From Candidatus Limnocylindrales bacterium (GTDB taxonomy: Bacteria > Chloroflexota > Limnocylindria > Limnocylindrales > CSP1-4), in the NCBI GenBank assembly GCA_036493155.1, contig DASXQE010000106.1:299-64298 (forward strand): a stretch of DNA of 64,000 nucleotides. Direction: 5' to 3'. Every line of letters starts with the position of its first letter. Within the stretch, counting starts at the first letter, position 1. Positions 29,928 to 39,543 of this stretch are shown here, piece by piece. The notes below the pieces were generated by a model. That model saw nothing but the letters and a program-made list of their open reading frames with translations. It did no database searches and had not been told where the DNA came from. Both the position numbers and the translations under genes were made by a program.

Positions 29928-31379
29928 ATGCGGATCCACGCCCTCGTCCTGGCCGGCGGCTCCGGCGACCGCTTCGGTGCCGAGATGCCGAAGCAGTTCG
30001 TGCGCCTCGCCGGCGAGCCGATCCTCGCGCGGACCGTTCGCGCCATCGCCGCGGCTGGCATCGACCATCTGGTCGTCGTCGCCCATCCCAGCTGGGTCAG
30101 GGAGACCGAGGAGCTCGTCGGGCAGCTCGAGGTCGGGGTGCCGTGCGCTGTGGTCGCAGGTGGCGTGACCCGCAACGAGAGCGCCCGCAACGGCCTCGCC
30201 CGCCTCGAGGCCGACGACGACGACATCGTCCTGATCCACGACGCGGTCCGGCCGCTCGTGCCGCGCGAGGTGATCCTGCGCTCGATCGAGCCGATCCTCT
30301 CCGGTCGAGCCGATGCCACCGACACCGTCATCCCCAGCGCCGACACGCTGGTCGTCGTCGAGGGTGACGCGGTCGTGGAGATCCCGGAGCGAGCCCGGTT
30401 CCGGCGCGGCCAGACGCCGCAGACGTTCCGGATGGCGGTCATCCGGCGGGCCTACGAGGCGGCCGCGGCGGCGGGGGACCTCCAGGCGACCGACGACTGC
30501 ACGCTCGTCCTGCGCCACGTGCCGGGCGTCCGACTCGTGGCCGTGCCGGGCGACGAGGTCAACCTCAAGATCACGACGCGGACGGACATGGTCCTGGCCG
30601 ACCGGATGATCCAGATGCGGACGCTCTCGCCGGGCAGCGCCGACCCGGAACCCACGCGCTCGCTGCGGGGCGCGGGCCTGTACGTGGTCGGCGGCACCGA
30701 TGGGATCGGGCAGGCGATCGCCCGCGAGGCCGAGCGCTCCGGGGCGCGCGTGAAGGTTGACGGCCGCCGGACCGGCCTCGACGTCCGGGACTACGCCGCG
30801 GTCGAGGCGCACGTCCGGGCCGCCGCGGCGGAGCTCGGCGGCCTCGACCACGTGGTGTGCTCCGCGGGCGTCATGCGCGTCGGGCCATCGGTCGCGACCG
30901 ACCCCGCTGCGCTGGCCGAGGTCATCGACGTCAACGTCAAGGGCACCCTCAACGTCGCCCGAGCCGCGCATCCCTACCTCCGCGAGCGGGCGGGCAGCTT
31001 CACGGTCTTCGCCTCGAGCTCCTTCACGCTGGGCCGGCCCAACTACGTCGCCTACTCGGGCAGCAAGGCCGCGGTGGTCAACATCGCCCAGGGCCTGGCC
31101 GAGGAGTGGGCCGCCGACGGGATCCGTGTCAACGCCGTCAGCCCGGAGCGGACCGACACGCCGATGCGTCGCTCGGCGTTCCCGGACGAGTCACGGCTGG
31201 GGATGCTCCAGCCGCGGGACGTCGCGCTGGCGACCCTCCGCCTGGTCCTGTCCGACCTGACCGGCCAGGTCCTGGACGTCCGTCGACACGACGGCCTCGG
31301 AGCCGTCGTCGGGCCCGATCCGGACGCGGACGGCGGCCTGCCGCCCACGCCCCAACCGAAGGCCGACCGCCGGCAGTGA
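29928..31379 (+). CDS. bifunctional alditol-phosphate cytidylyltransferase / short-chain reductase (Bcs1-like CDP-ribitol synthase)
   Basis: N-terminal IspD/TarI-like fold (LAGGSGDRFG…PKQF, IHDAVRPL) fused to a C-terminal SDR domain (VVGGTDGIGQAIA…YSGSKAAV). Confidence 0.8.
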   Translation: MRIHALVLAGGSGDRFGAEMPKQFVRLAGEPILARTVRAIAAAGIDHLVVVAHPSWVRETEELVGQLEVGVPCAVVAGGVTRNESARNGLARLEADDDDIVLIHDAVRPLVPREVILRSIEPILSGRADATDTVIPSADTLVVVEGDAVVEIPERARFRRGQTPQTFRMAVIRRAYEAAAAAGDLQATDDCTLVLRHVPGVRLVAVPGDEVNLKITTRTDMVLADRMIQMRTLSPGSADPEPTRSLRGAGLYVVGGTDGIGQAIAREAERSGARVKVDGRRTGLDVRDYAAVEAHVRAAAAELGGLDHVVCSAGVMRVGPSVATDPAALAEVIDVNVKGTLNVARAAHPYLRERAGSFTVFASSSFTLGRPNYVAYSGSKAAVVNIAQGLAEEWAADGIRVNAVSPERTDTPMRRSAFPDESRLGMLQPRDVALATLRLVLSDLTGQVLDVRRHDGLGAVVGPDPDADGGLPPTPQPKADRRQ

Positions 31380-32500
31380 ACCGCCTCGAGTACCGGCTCG
31401 CGGCGGCGGTCCTGATGGTCCTCGGGTGGCTGTTCGACCGGCTGCCCGGCCATCCCCGGCGGGTCGTCATGGCCTCGCCGCGGAAGCCCCGGCTCGATGG
31501 CAACCTGGCTGCCCTCGATGCGGCGATCCGCCGCCTCCGGCCCGGCATCGAGGTGGTCCGGCTGGCCGAGATGTACGGCTACGGGCTCGGCGGCAAGCTG
31601 GCCTACGCGGCCCGCATGGTCCGGGCGATGTATCACCTCCGCACCGCCGGCCTGGTGGTGCTCGACAACGCCTGGCTGCCGGTCCACGTCGCGCCCCATC
31701 CGGCCCGGACGACGGTCGTCCAGGTGTGGCACGCGGCCGGCGCCCTGAAGCGCTTCGGCTACGACACGGTCGAGCCGCCGGCGGAGCCGGAGCGGACGTT
31801 CCTGCATCGCCACTACGACTGGGTGGTGACGAGTGGCGAGGCCTCCCGGGAGCCGTGGTCGCGGGCCCTCCGGACGCCGCTCGAGCGGGTCGTGCCGCTC
31901 GGGACCGCCCGGACCGACGTCTTCTTCGATGCCGCCGCGGTGGCGGCCATCCGGGAGCGCGTGCTGGCACGCCATCCCGCGCTGCGCGACCGCCGGGTCA
32001 TCACGTACGCGCCGACGTTCCGGGGCCGCGGTCGCGGCAAGCGGCCGGCGGCGGGGCTCGATGCCGGACGCCTCCGCGCCGCGCTGGGACCTGGCGATGC
32101 GCTCGTCCTCAAGAGCCACCCGAACCTCGATCCGGGCCTCGTCGTGACGGCCGGCTTCGACGTCGTCGTCGATCCCGGCGACGACATGAACGAGCTGCTG
32201 CTGGCGTCCGACATCCTCATCACCGACTACTCGTCGTCGATCTTCGAGTGGGCCCTGCTGCGGCGCCCGCTCGTCCTGCTCGTCCCGGACCTGGCCGACT
32301 ACGAGCGCGATCCCGGCCTGTACCTCGACTACCGGACCGAGATGCTCGGCACCCAGGTGACCGACACCGACGGGGTGATCGGAGCCATCCGCGAGGGCCG
32401 CTTCGACCTCGCGCCGTACGACGCCTTCATCGCGCGGCACCTGGGCGCCTCCGATGGCCACTCCGGCGAGCGCTGGGTGGAGCGCTTCCTGCCGCGTTGA
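31376..32500 (+). CDS. CDP-glycerol/CDP-alditol glycerophosphotransferase (TagF family), second copy
   Basis: VWHAAGALKRFGYD, YAPTFRGRG and LITDYSSSIFEWALLRRPLV. GTG start overlaps the upstream stop (GTGA). Confidence 0.8.
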   Translation: MNRLEYRLAAAVLMVLGWLFDRLPGHPRRVVMASPRKPRLDGNLAALDAAIRRLRPGIEVVRLAEMYGYGLGGKLAYAARMVRAMYHLRTAGLVVLDNAWLPVHVAPHPARTTVVQVWHAAGALKRFGYDTVEPPAEPERTFLHRHYDWVVTSGEASREPWSRALRTPLERVVPLGTARTDVFFDAAAVAAIRERVLARHPALRDRRVITYAPTFRGRGRGKRPAAGLDAGRLRAALGPGDALVLKSHPNLDPGLVVTAGFDVVVDPGDDMNELLLASDILITDYSSSIFEWALLRRPLVLLVPDLADYERDPGLYLDYRTEMLGTQVTDTDGVIGAIREGRFDLAPYDAFIARHLGASDGHSGERWVERFLPR

Positions 32501-32585
32501 CCGGCGCTCGACGGCGCGACGCCGCCGACCGGTGCTCGACGGCGCGACGCCGACGAGCGGAGACCCGGCGCTAGACTCCGGCGCG

Positions 32586-34514
32586 ATGCTCGAGCTGGTC
32601 GTCGCGACTGCCGCGCTGGGCGGCGCTGCGGCGCTCCTCGCCCTGGCCCTGCCGCCGCGCGGCGCGCTGCTGACGCTCGGCGCGACCGGCCTCTTCTTCC
32701 AGGCCCTGGTCGTCGCGACGATCGGCATAGCCGGGATCGGGCTGCAGACGCTCCACGGCGAGGCGCTCCTCGCCCTCGCGCTCGCGTGGCTGCTGGGCGC
32801 GGCGTTGATCGCGTGGCGAGCTGGCCGGCGGCCGGCCGCCCTGGCGGTCCGGCTGCGTGGCGGCGTGGCCGTGCTGCCGGCGATCCTGCGAGAGCCGGCC
32901 GTCGGCCTCGCGGCGCTGCTGATGCTCGCCACATTCGCGTGGCGGATCGTGCTGGCGCTGCGCCTCCCGATGGTCGACTACGACGGCTGGTCCTACCACC
33001 TGGTCTTCGGCGACGTCTGGATCCAGCACGACGCGCTGACGCTGGTCCCCCAGCGAATCTGGACCGCCGGCTTCCCCGCGGTCAGCGAGGTCCTCTCGAC
33101 CTGGCTCATGGCCTTCAGCCACAGCGATGCGTTCGCCGGATTCACCACGATCATCCCCATCCCGCTCGGGATGGTCTCGGTCGCGGGGCTCGCACGGATG
33201 CTCGGCGCGGATCGTCGCTGGGCCCTCTTCGCTGGCCTGCTGTTCGGGTTCACACCGGCGCTGCTGGCGCTCGCCGGGACGAGCTACGTCGACGCGTCAT
33301 CGGTCGCGTTCTGCCTCGCGACGTGGTGGCTCGGGCTCCGGGTGATGCGCGGCGGCGAACCCTGGACCACGACCATGCTGCTCGGCCTCGCCGGCGGCCT
33401 GGCCATCGGCACGAAGGGCACGAACGCCCCGCTCACGGCGCCGATCCTCACGGCGGTCGGCGTGCTCCTGCTCATCCGCCTCCTCCGCTCCGGCACGCGC
33501 GGCGACGACGTGGGGCCCGAAGGCCCGCGTCGTGACGGCCTCCGCCGGCTGGTCGCCCTCGTCGTCCCGGTGCTCCTGTTCGGCGCGGTCTGGTACGTCA
33601 AGAACTGGCTCGCCTGGGGCAATCCGCTGTACCCCTTCGCGATCGGCCCGTGGGCCGGCCCGACGACCCTGGCGACGTTCTCCTTCGAGGTGCCACAGCT
33701 CGAGCACCTGCCCAGGATCCAGCAGATCGTCGAGTCCTGGGCGTGGGACTGGAAGCTGACCCGCTACGTCTACAACCTCCGGCCGGGAGGGATCGGCCGG
33801 GCGTGGTTCGCGATCGTGCCGTTCGGGGCGCTCGGGGTGTGGTGGCTGCTGCGCCACCGGCGCTGGGCCGCGCTGGTCTTCGTCGTCCTCGTCGGCGGGG
33901 CCACGCTCATGACGATGCCGATGCCGTGGTACGCCCGCGAGACGCTCTTCGTGCCGGCCCTGGGCGCGGCCCTCGCCGCCGGCGCCGCCACCGCATACGG
34001 CACGACGACCCTCCTGCGGCGGCGGGCGGCGACCGTCGTCAGCCTGGCGATCCTGGCCCTCGCGAGCATCTCGGTGGTGTACGTCAACGCCAAGCCGAAC
34101 ATCCAGGTGCTGGCGCCTGGCGGCACCCACCTCGCCTCGCCGGGCCAGTACGTCCGCTACGTCCTGGCCGACGGCGCGACGCGGGCCGACGTCAGCCTGC
34201 GCAAGGAGTGCGCCGGCTTCGACCAGATCCCCGCCGGGGCTCGCGTGGTGCCCGGCGGCTTCAACCTGCTGCACGGCGTCGTGGGGCCGAACCTGGACCG
34301 CGTCCTCACCGACCCGCCGACGTTCACGACCTCGCCGACGGCCGCTGACGTGATCACGTACATGCAGGCCACGCAGGCGAGCTGGATCGTGACCTCGACC
34401 GGCAGTGCCGTCGACAAGGCGCTCCAGGCCGCGACGCTGGTCCGCGGAGCGGGAGGCTTCACGGACCGCGGGGAGATTTGCCAGGGCGCCCACCTCTGGC
34501 AGCTCGGGCCGTGA
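32586..34514 (+). CDS. polytopic membrane protein, GT-C-like glycosyltransferase candidate
   Basis: About 640 aa with 10 or more predicted TM helices, an early extracytoplasmic-loop YDGWSYH-type motif and a C-terminal soluble domain. Start taken at MLELVVATAAL. Confidence 0.55.
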   Translation: MLELVVATAALGGAAALLALALPPRGALLTLGATGLFFQALVVATIGIAGIGLQTLHGEALLALALAWLLGAALIAWRAGRRPAALAVRLRGGVAVLPAILREPAVGLAALLMLATFAWRIVLALRLPMVDYDGWSYHLVFGDVWIQHDALTLVPQRIWTAGFPAVSEVLSTWLMAFSHSDAFAGFTTIIPIPLGMVSVAGLARMLGADRRWALFAGLLFGFTPALLALAGTSYVDASSVAFCLATWWLGLRVMRGGEPWTTTMLLGLAGGLAIGTKGTNAPLTAPILTAVGVLLLIRLLRSGTRGDDVGPEGPRRDGLRRLVALVVPVLLFGAVWYVKNWLAWGNPLYPFAIGPWAGPTTLATFSFEVPQLEHLPRIQQIVESWAWDWKLTRYVYNLRPGGIGRAWFAIVPFGALGVWWLLRHRRWAALVFVVLVGGATLMTMPMPWYARETLFVPALGAALAAGAATAYGTTTLLRRRAATVVSLAILALASISVVYVNAKPNIQVLAPGGTHLASPGQYVRYVLADGATRADVSLRKECAGFDQIPAGARVVPGGFNLLHGVVGPNLDRVLTDPPTFTTSPTAADVITYMQATQASWIVTSTGSAVDKALQAATLVRGAGGFTDRGEICQGAHLWQLGP

Positions 34515-36160
34515 CGCGGGTCCTCCCCGACTCTCTCGCGACGCCAGCCAGGCGCGGCGTGGCCGCCGCTCGCCTCGGTCTCGACCTCGCGCCGCTGGCC
34601 CTGCGGCGACCGCGGCTGGCCGTGGAGCTGGCGCGCGCCAACCGCCGCGACCCGCGCGACCCGGCGATGATCCCGCTGCTCGACCGGGCCATCGCCGTGC
34701 GCCCGTCGCGCGTGCTCCGCCAGCGCCGCGCCGAGCTGCTCGCGACCGCGGGCGAGCTGTCGGCGGCGGCGGCAGCCTGGCGGGACCTGGGTGGCGCCCA
34801 TCCGGGCGCGACGGTCGCACAGCGCGTCCGGGTACTCGAGGGACGCCTGCGCGAGACCGAGGTCGAGCCCGTGTGGCTGCCCGACCTCGGCCCCGAGGTC
34901 GAGCCGCTGGCCCCCGCCTCGAAGCGCCGGATCCTGCACGTCCTCAAGAGCGCGGCCCCGGAGCGCTGGTCGGGCTTCACGATCCGGACGCTCCAGGACC
35001 TGCGGGCCCAGCGCGAGGCCGGCCTCGACCCGGTCGTCGTCACCCAGCTGGGCTGGCCTCGCGAGGTCGGCGTCACCGAGGTCGAGCCACAGTCCACGTT
35101 CGAGGGCTTCCAGCAGTGGCACCTCGATCGCGGGCCCGCCTACCGCCCGCGCAGCCTCCCGCCCGACGTCGCCCTCCAGGACAATGCCGAGGCCTTCATG
35201 CCGGTGGTCCGCGAGGTCAGGCCGGCGATCCTCCATGTCCACTCCGGCTACCGCGGCGGCGAGCTCGTCCTGGCCGCGCTCGCGCTTCGGAAGCGCTTCG
35301 GCATCCCGGTGGTCTACGAGGTCCGCGGCCTGTTCGAGGCGGTCTGGTCCTCCGATCCGCGCTACAACGAATCGGCCGAGCTGTACCGGCGCCGGCTGGC
35401 CTTCGAGACGGAGGTGCTGCACGAGGTCGACGGCGCCTGCGTCATCTCCGAGGCGCTCCTCGAGGAGATCGTCGCCCGGGGCGTGGATCGCTCGAAGCTG
35501 ACGCTCATCCCCAACGGCATCGACCCGAGCGCGCTCGACCGGGCCGAGCGTGATCCCGTGCTGCGCAGCCAGCTCGGTCTCGATGGCCGCCTCGTCGTCG
35601 GCTACCTCGGCAACCTCGACCACTGGCGTGAGGGCATCGACGTGCTGCTGCGCGCCCTCGCCGAGCTCCGGGCCCGCGGCCGCGAGGACGTCGCGGTCCT
35701 CGTCGTCGGCGACGGCACCCGGCGCGACGAGTGGGAGCGCCTCGCCCGGACGCTCGGCCTCGCCGATCGCGTTCGGTTCACGGGCCGCGTGCCCCACGAG
35801 CAGGTCGCCCAGTACTACAGCCAGATGGACCTCTTCGCCAATCCCCGGGTCGATGAGCGCGCCGCGCGGCTCATCACGCCGCTGAAGCCGTACGAGGCCA
35901 TGGCGCTCGGGCTGCCGGTGCTGGTGAGCGACCTGCCCGCCTTGCGCGAGATCGTCGATCCGCCCCATCGCGGCGCGGTCGCGCCACCGGGCGACGCGGC
36001 CGGCCTGGCCGATGCGATCGCCCGGCTCCTGGACGACCCGGCCGAGCGTGCCCGCCTCGGCGAGGCCGGCCGCGACTGGGTCCGCCGCGAGCGGACCTGG
36101 GCGGCGAACGGCGCCCGCTATCGGGCCGCGTACGAGCGAATCCTCGGCCCGCTCGACTGA
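34511..36160 (+). CDS. glycosyltransferase family 4 with ~150-aa N-terminal helical extension
   Basis: GT4 core (ILHVLKS…, HVHSGYRGG, C-terminal LKPYEAMALGLPVLVSDLPALREIV) preceded by an Arg/Ala-rich extension. GTG start overlaps the previous stop. Confidence 0.8.
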   Translation: MTRVLPDSLATPARRGVAAARLGLDLAPLALRRPRLAVELARANRRDPRDPAMIPLLDRAIAVRPSRVLRQRRAELLATAGELSAAAAAWRDLGGAHPGATVAQRVRVLEGRLRETEVEPVWLPDLGPEVEPLAPASKRRILHVLKSAAPERWSGFTIRTLQDLRAQREAGLDPVVVTQLGWPREVGVTEVEPQSTFEGFQQWHLDRGPAYRPRSLPPDVALQDNAEAFMPVVREVRPAILHVHSGYRGGELVLAALALRKRFGIPVVYEVRGLFEAVWSSDPRYNESAELYRRRLAFETEVLHEVDGACVISEALLEEIVARGVDRSKLTLIPNGIDPSALDRAERDPVLRSQLGLDGRLVVGYLGNLDHWREGIDVLLRALAELRARGREDVAVLVVGDGTRRDEWERLARTLGLADRVRFTGRVPHEQVAQYYSQMDLFANPRVDERAARLITPLKPYEAMALGLPVLVSDLPALREIVDPPHRGAVAPPGDAAGLADAIARLLDDPAERARLGEAGRDWVRRERTWAANGARYRAAYERILGPLD

Positions 36161-36255
36161 CGGAACGCGCCCGCCCGGTGACGGGCGGCCCCCCAAGGCG
36201 GCTCGCGGGGAGGCGCGCCGGTATCCTCCCCCTGCCACATCACCACGGAGGACCC

Positions 36256-37584
36256 ATGGCCAAGGACGGCCGCGTCGCGATCATCGGGTTGGGCTATGTC
36301 GGGCTGCCGCTGGCGATCGCGTTCGCCGAGGCCGGGCTCGAGGTCGAGGGCATCGACGTCGCCCCGGGCCGGGTGGCCGAGCTCAACGACCGCCACTCCC
36401 CGATCGACGACGTCTCCGACGAGCGGCTGAGCGCGGCGCTCGACGGCCGGCTCCGGGTCGTCGGGACGGCCGATGGCGACCCGGGTCGGGCCGACGCTGC
36501 GTTCGTGTGCGTGCCCACGCCGATCACCTCGACCAAGGACCCTGACCTGGGGCCCGTCGTGGGCGCCGCGGAGTACCTGGCGGAGCACCTGCGCTCGGGC
36601 CAGCTCATCGTCCTCCAGTCCACGACCTACCCGGGCACGACGATGGGCCCGTTCCGCGAGGTCCTGGAGCGCGGCGGCCTCGAGGCCGGCACCGACTTCG
36701 ACCTCGCGTTCGCGCCGGAGCGGGTCAACCCGGGCGATCCCGCGAGCGCGAGCAAGACGACGCCGCGGCTCGTCGGCGGCATCACGCCCGCGGCCACGAG
36801 CCGCGCGGCGACGCTCCTCCGCAACGTCAACGACGTCGTCGTCGAGCTGTCGTCGCCCGACGCCGCCGAGATGGCCAAGCTCCTCGAGAACACGTTCCGC
36901 AACATCAACATCGCGTTCGTGAACAACCTGGCGCTGCTGTGCGAGCGGATGGGCCTCGACGTCTGGGAGGTCATCGACGCGGCGGCGACCAAGCCGTTCG
37001 GATTCATGCGCTTCACGCCCGGGCCGGGCGTCGGGGGCCACTGCATCCCGGTCGACCCGTACTACCTGTCGTGGCGGGCTCGGGAGTTCGACTTCACGGA
37101 TCGCTTCATCGAGCTCGCCGGCGACATCAACTTCGGGATGCCGCGGCACGTGGCCGACCTCGTGGCCGAGGCGCTCAACGATCGCGGCCGGGCGATGAAG
37201 GGCTCGAAAATCGGGGTCCTCGGGGTGGCGTTCAAGCCGAATGTCCAGGATCCCCGCAACTCGCCCGCGTCAAGCGTCATCAGCGGCCTCGTGGCGCGCG
37301 GCGCCGAGGTCGCCATGCACGACCCCCATGTCGCGTCGTTCCGCGACGACGACGGCCGGACCTATGCCAGCCGCAGCCTCCACGACCTTCTCGCCTGGGC
37401 CGACGTGGTCGTGACCGTCACGGGCCACCGTGCGATCGACTGGGACGCCGTGTACGACCGGGCGGACCTCATCGTCGACACGGTCGACACCTCGACGGGG
37501 CGTGCGGTTCGACCGCGCCAGGTCCTGCGCCTGGGCGCCGGCTGGGTGGCCCGGGAGCCGCTGGCCACGACCGGGCGCTCGTAG
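36256..37584 (+). CDS. nucleotide-sugar dehydrogenase (UDP-N-acetyl-D-mannosamine dehydrogenase WecC/Cap5O-like)
   Basis: NAD-binding IIGLGYVGLPLA and the catalytic region GGHCIPVDPYYL. Start MAKDGRVAI. Confidence 0.8.
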   Translation: MAKDGRVAIIGLGYVGLPLAIAFAEAGLEVEGIDVAPGRVAELNDRHSPIDDVSDERLSAALDGRLRVVGTADGDPGRADAAFVCVPTPITSTKDPDLGPVVGAAEYLAEHLRSGQLIVLQSTTYPGTTMGPFREVLERGGLEAGTDFDLAFAPERVNPGDPASASKTTPRLVGGITPAATSRAATLLRNVNDVVVELSSPDAAEMAKLLENTFRNINIAFVNNLALLCERMGLDVWEVIDAAATKPFGFMRFTPGPGVGGHCIPVDPYYLSWRAREFDFTDRFIELAGDINFGMPRHVADLVAEALNDRGRAMKGSKIGVLGVAFKPNVQDPRNSPASSVISGLVARGAEVAMHDPHVASFRDDDGRTYASRSLHDLLAWADVVVTVTGHRAIDWDAVYDRADLIVDTVDTSTGRAVRPRQVLRLGAGWVAREPLATTGRS

Positions 37585-37616
37585 GCGCCGGAGCCACGAG
37601 GTCCGGACCCGACGCC

Positions 37617-39461
37617 CTACGCCGCGCCGAGGCCCTCGAACAGCTCGCGGTAGCGCCGCCCGTTCGCGGCCCACGTCCGGTTCGCGAGGACCCACTCGCG
37701 GGCCTGCTGCCCCAGCCGCCGCCGGAGGGCCTCGTCGTCGAGCAGCCCGGCGATGATCGTCGCGAGGTCCTCGGCGTCCTCGGCACGGAAGGTCAGGCCG
37801 GTCTCGCCCGGCTGGACGATCTCGCGCAGCGCCGGCAGGTCGCTGACCACGACCGCTCGCTCGAGGGCCATGGCCTCGAACGGCTTCAGCGGCGTGACCA
37901 GCTGCGAGACCCGGTCGGCGGTTCGCGGCACGACGAACACGTCGATCAGCGAGTAGTAGCCGAGGACCTGGTCGTGAGCCACCCGGCCGGGCATGAGCAG
38001 CGTGCCGTCGTCGAGGCCGAGCTCGCGGGCCCGGACCTCGAGCGCCGCCCGATCCTTGCCGTCGCCGACGATCAGGACCCGCAGGGCTCGGCCCCGCGCG
38101 CGCAAGGCCGCCGCCGCCTCGAGCAGGTAGCGGATGCCCTCGTACGCGTTGAGGCTCGAGACGTAGCCCACGACCGGGACGCCCGGCTCGAGGCCGAGCT
38201 CGGCGGCCAGGCGCTCGTCCCGCGGGCCCGGCGTGAACGCCTCGACATCGACCGCGTTGGGGATGACCACGATCCGGTCGGCCGGCACGCCCCGCTCGAC
38301 GATGGCGGCCTTCATGGTCTCCGACAGCGTCACGACGGCGTCCGACTCGCGCATGACGTGGGCCTCGATCTCGCGGGTCATCGTGTAGTGGTCCGTGGCG
38401 AGCGCCTCGTCCAACGAGTGCCACGGGTGCGAGGCCCAGGTCTCCTCCCAGAAGCCCCGCGCCTCATAGACGACCGGGATGCCCATCGGCCGTCCCAGGG
38501 CCAGGGCGATCTGCCCCTGGACGTGGTTCGACGCCGGTTGGAGCGCCGCCGGCCGGAGGCGCTGCAGCAGCGGAAGCGCCTGCTTGATGGTCTCGAGGAT
38601 CGTCAGGTCCTGGCGCCCGCCCGATCCGAAGTTCGGCGCGATCCGGTAGTACGGCACGCCGTCGATGGTCTCCTCGGTCGGGGCGCCGAGGACGCCCTGG
38701 TTGCGCGGGAAGCCGGCCCGGGTGATGAAGCGCGGATCGAGGCCGGCGGCCTGCTGGCAATGGGCCACCGCCTGGCTGCGGATGTCGTAGCCGGACTGGT
38801 GGTAGGGCGGCGATGCAAAGACGATGTGGGCGATGCGGCCCTTGACCGCCGTGCCCCGGAGGCGTTCGAGGCGCTGCCGCACGCGCGGGCCCGGGTCGGG
38901 CTGCCACGCGGGATCGAGCGATCGCATGCGGCCCTCGGCCAGCTCGCGCAGCCGCCCGCCATCGTGGCTGCCCGCCGCCGAGGCGCCGGATGCCCGCTTG
39001 GCGGCCTCGCGGTAGTGCCCGGCGTCGTAGGCCAGCCGTGACCGGACCGACTCGAGGATCGCGGAGCGGTCGTCCGGGGCCCCGTCGACGATGTCCCGAG
39101 CGGCGGCGGCGAGACCGGCCTCGTACGTGAGCTGGGCCAATCGCCGCCGGGCGCTGGGGCTGGCGTGGCTCGACGTCGCGAGATCTCGGGCGAGCTGCCC
39201 GGCGGCCGCCGTGTCCCCGGTGGACCACCGCGCCACGAACGCCAGCTGCGGCAGGCGGCGATGGGCCCCGGGCCGGCGGACCAGTGCCTCGGCGACGCCG
39301 GCGACCGGCGCGGCCAGCGGCCGGCGGATGCTCGCCGGCGTGACCTGCGCCGCGCGGAACAGGACATGGGCCTTGTGGGTCCAGATGCGGTTGACGGTTC
39401 CGGCGGGATCGACGATGACGAGTCGCGCCAGGCGGGTGAGCTTGGGAGCGCGCGAGGGCAC
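37617..39461 (-). CDS. glycosyltransferase family 4 with ~200-aa N-terminal extension (paralogue of 34511-36160)
   Basis: GT4 core (IAHIVFASPPY…, C-terminal LKPFEAMALERAVVVSDLPALREIV). The motif spacing parallels the 34511 gene. Confidence 0.8.
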   Translation of the reverse strand: MPSRAPKLTRLARLVIVDPAGTVNRIWTHKAHVLFRAAQVTPASIRRPLAAPVAGVAEALVRRPGAHRRLPQLAFVARWSTGDTAAAGQLARDLATSSHASPSARRRLAQLTYEAGLAAAARDIVDGAPDDRSAILESVRSRLAYDAGHYREAAKRASGASAAGSHDGGRLRELAEGRMRSLDPAWQPDPGPRVRQRLERLRGTAVKGRIAHIVFASPPYHQSGYDIRSQAVAHCQQAAGLDPRFITRAGFPRNQGVLGAPTEETIDGVPYYRIAPNFGSGGRQDLTILETIKQALPLLQRLRPAALQPASNHVQGQIALALGRPMGIPVVYEARGFWEETWASHPWHSLDEALATDHYTMTREIEAHVMRESDAVVTLSETMKAAIVERGVPADRIVVIPNAVDVEAFTPGPRDERLAAELGLEPGVPVVGYVSSLNAYEGIRYLLEAAAALRARGRALRVLIVGDGKDRAALEVRARELGLDDGTLLMPGRVAHDQVLGYYSLIDVFVVPRTADRVSQLVTPLKPFEAMALERAVVVSDLPALREIVQPGETGLTFRAEDAEDLATIIAGLLDDEALRRRLGQQAREWVLANRTWAANGRRYRELFEGLGAA

Positions 39462-39543
39462 TCAGCGCGCCTCGGCTGGGGCAACCGCCATACTCGCTCG
39501 GCCGGTTCGGGGCACCGCCCCGACGGCGCTTGAGCGAGGAACC

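Noticed and set aside
24357-30168. Plus-strand ORFs 24357-26393, 27204-28880 and 28408-30168
   Set aside because: Antisense to the PPIase, GT4 and TagF-like genes. Low-complexity Arg/Gly/Asp translations.
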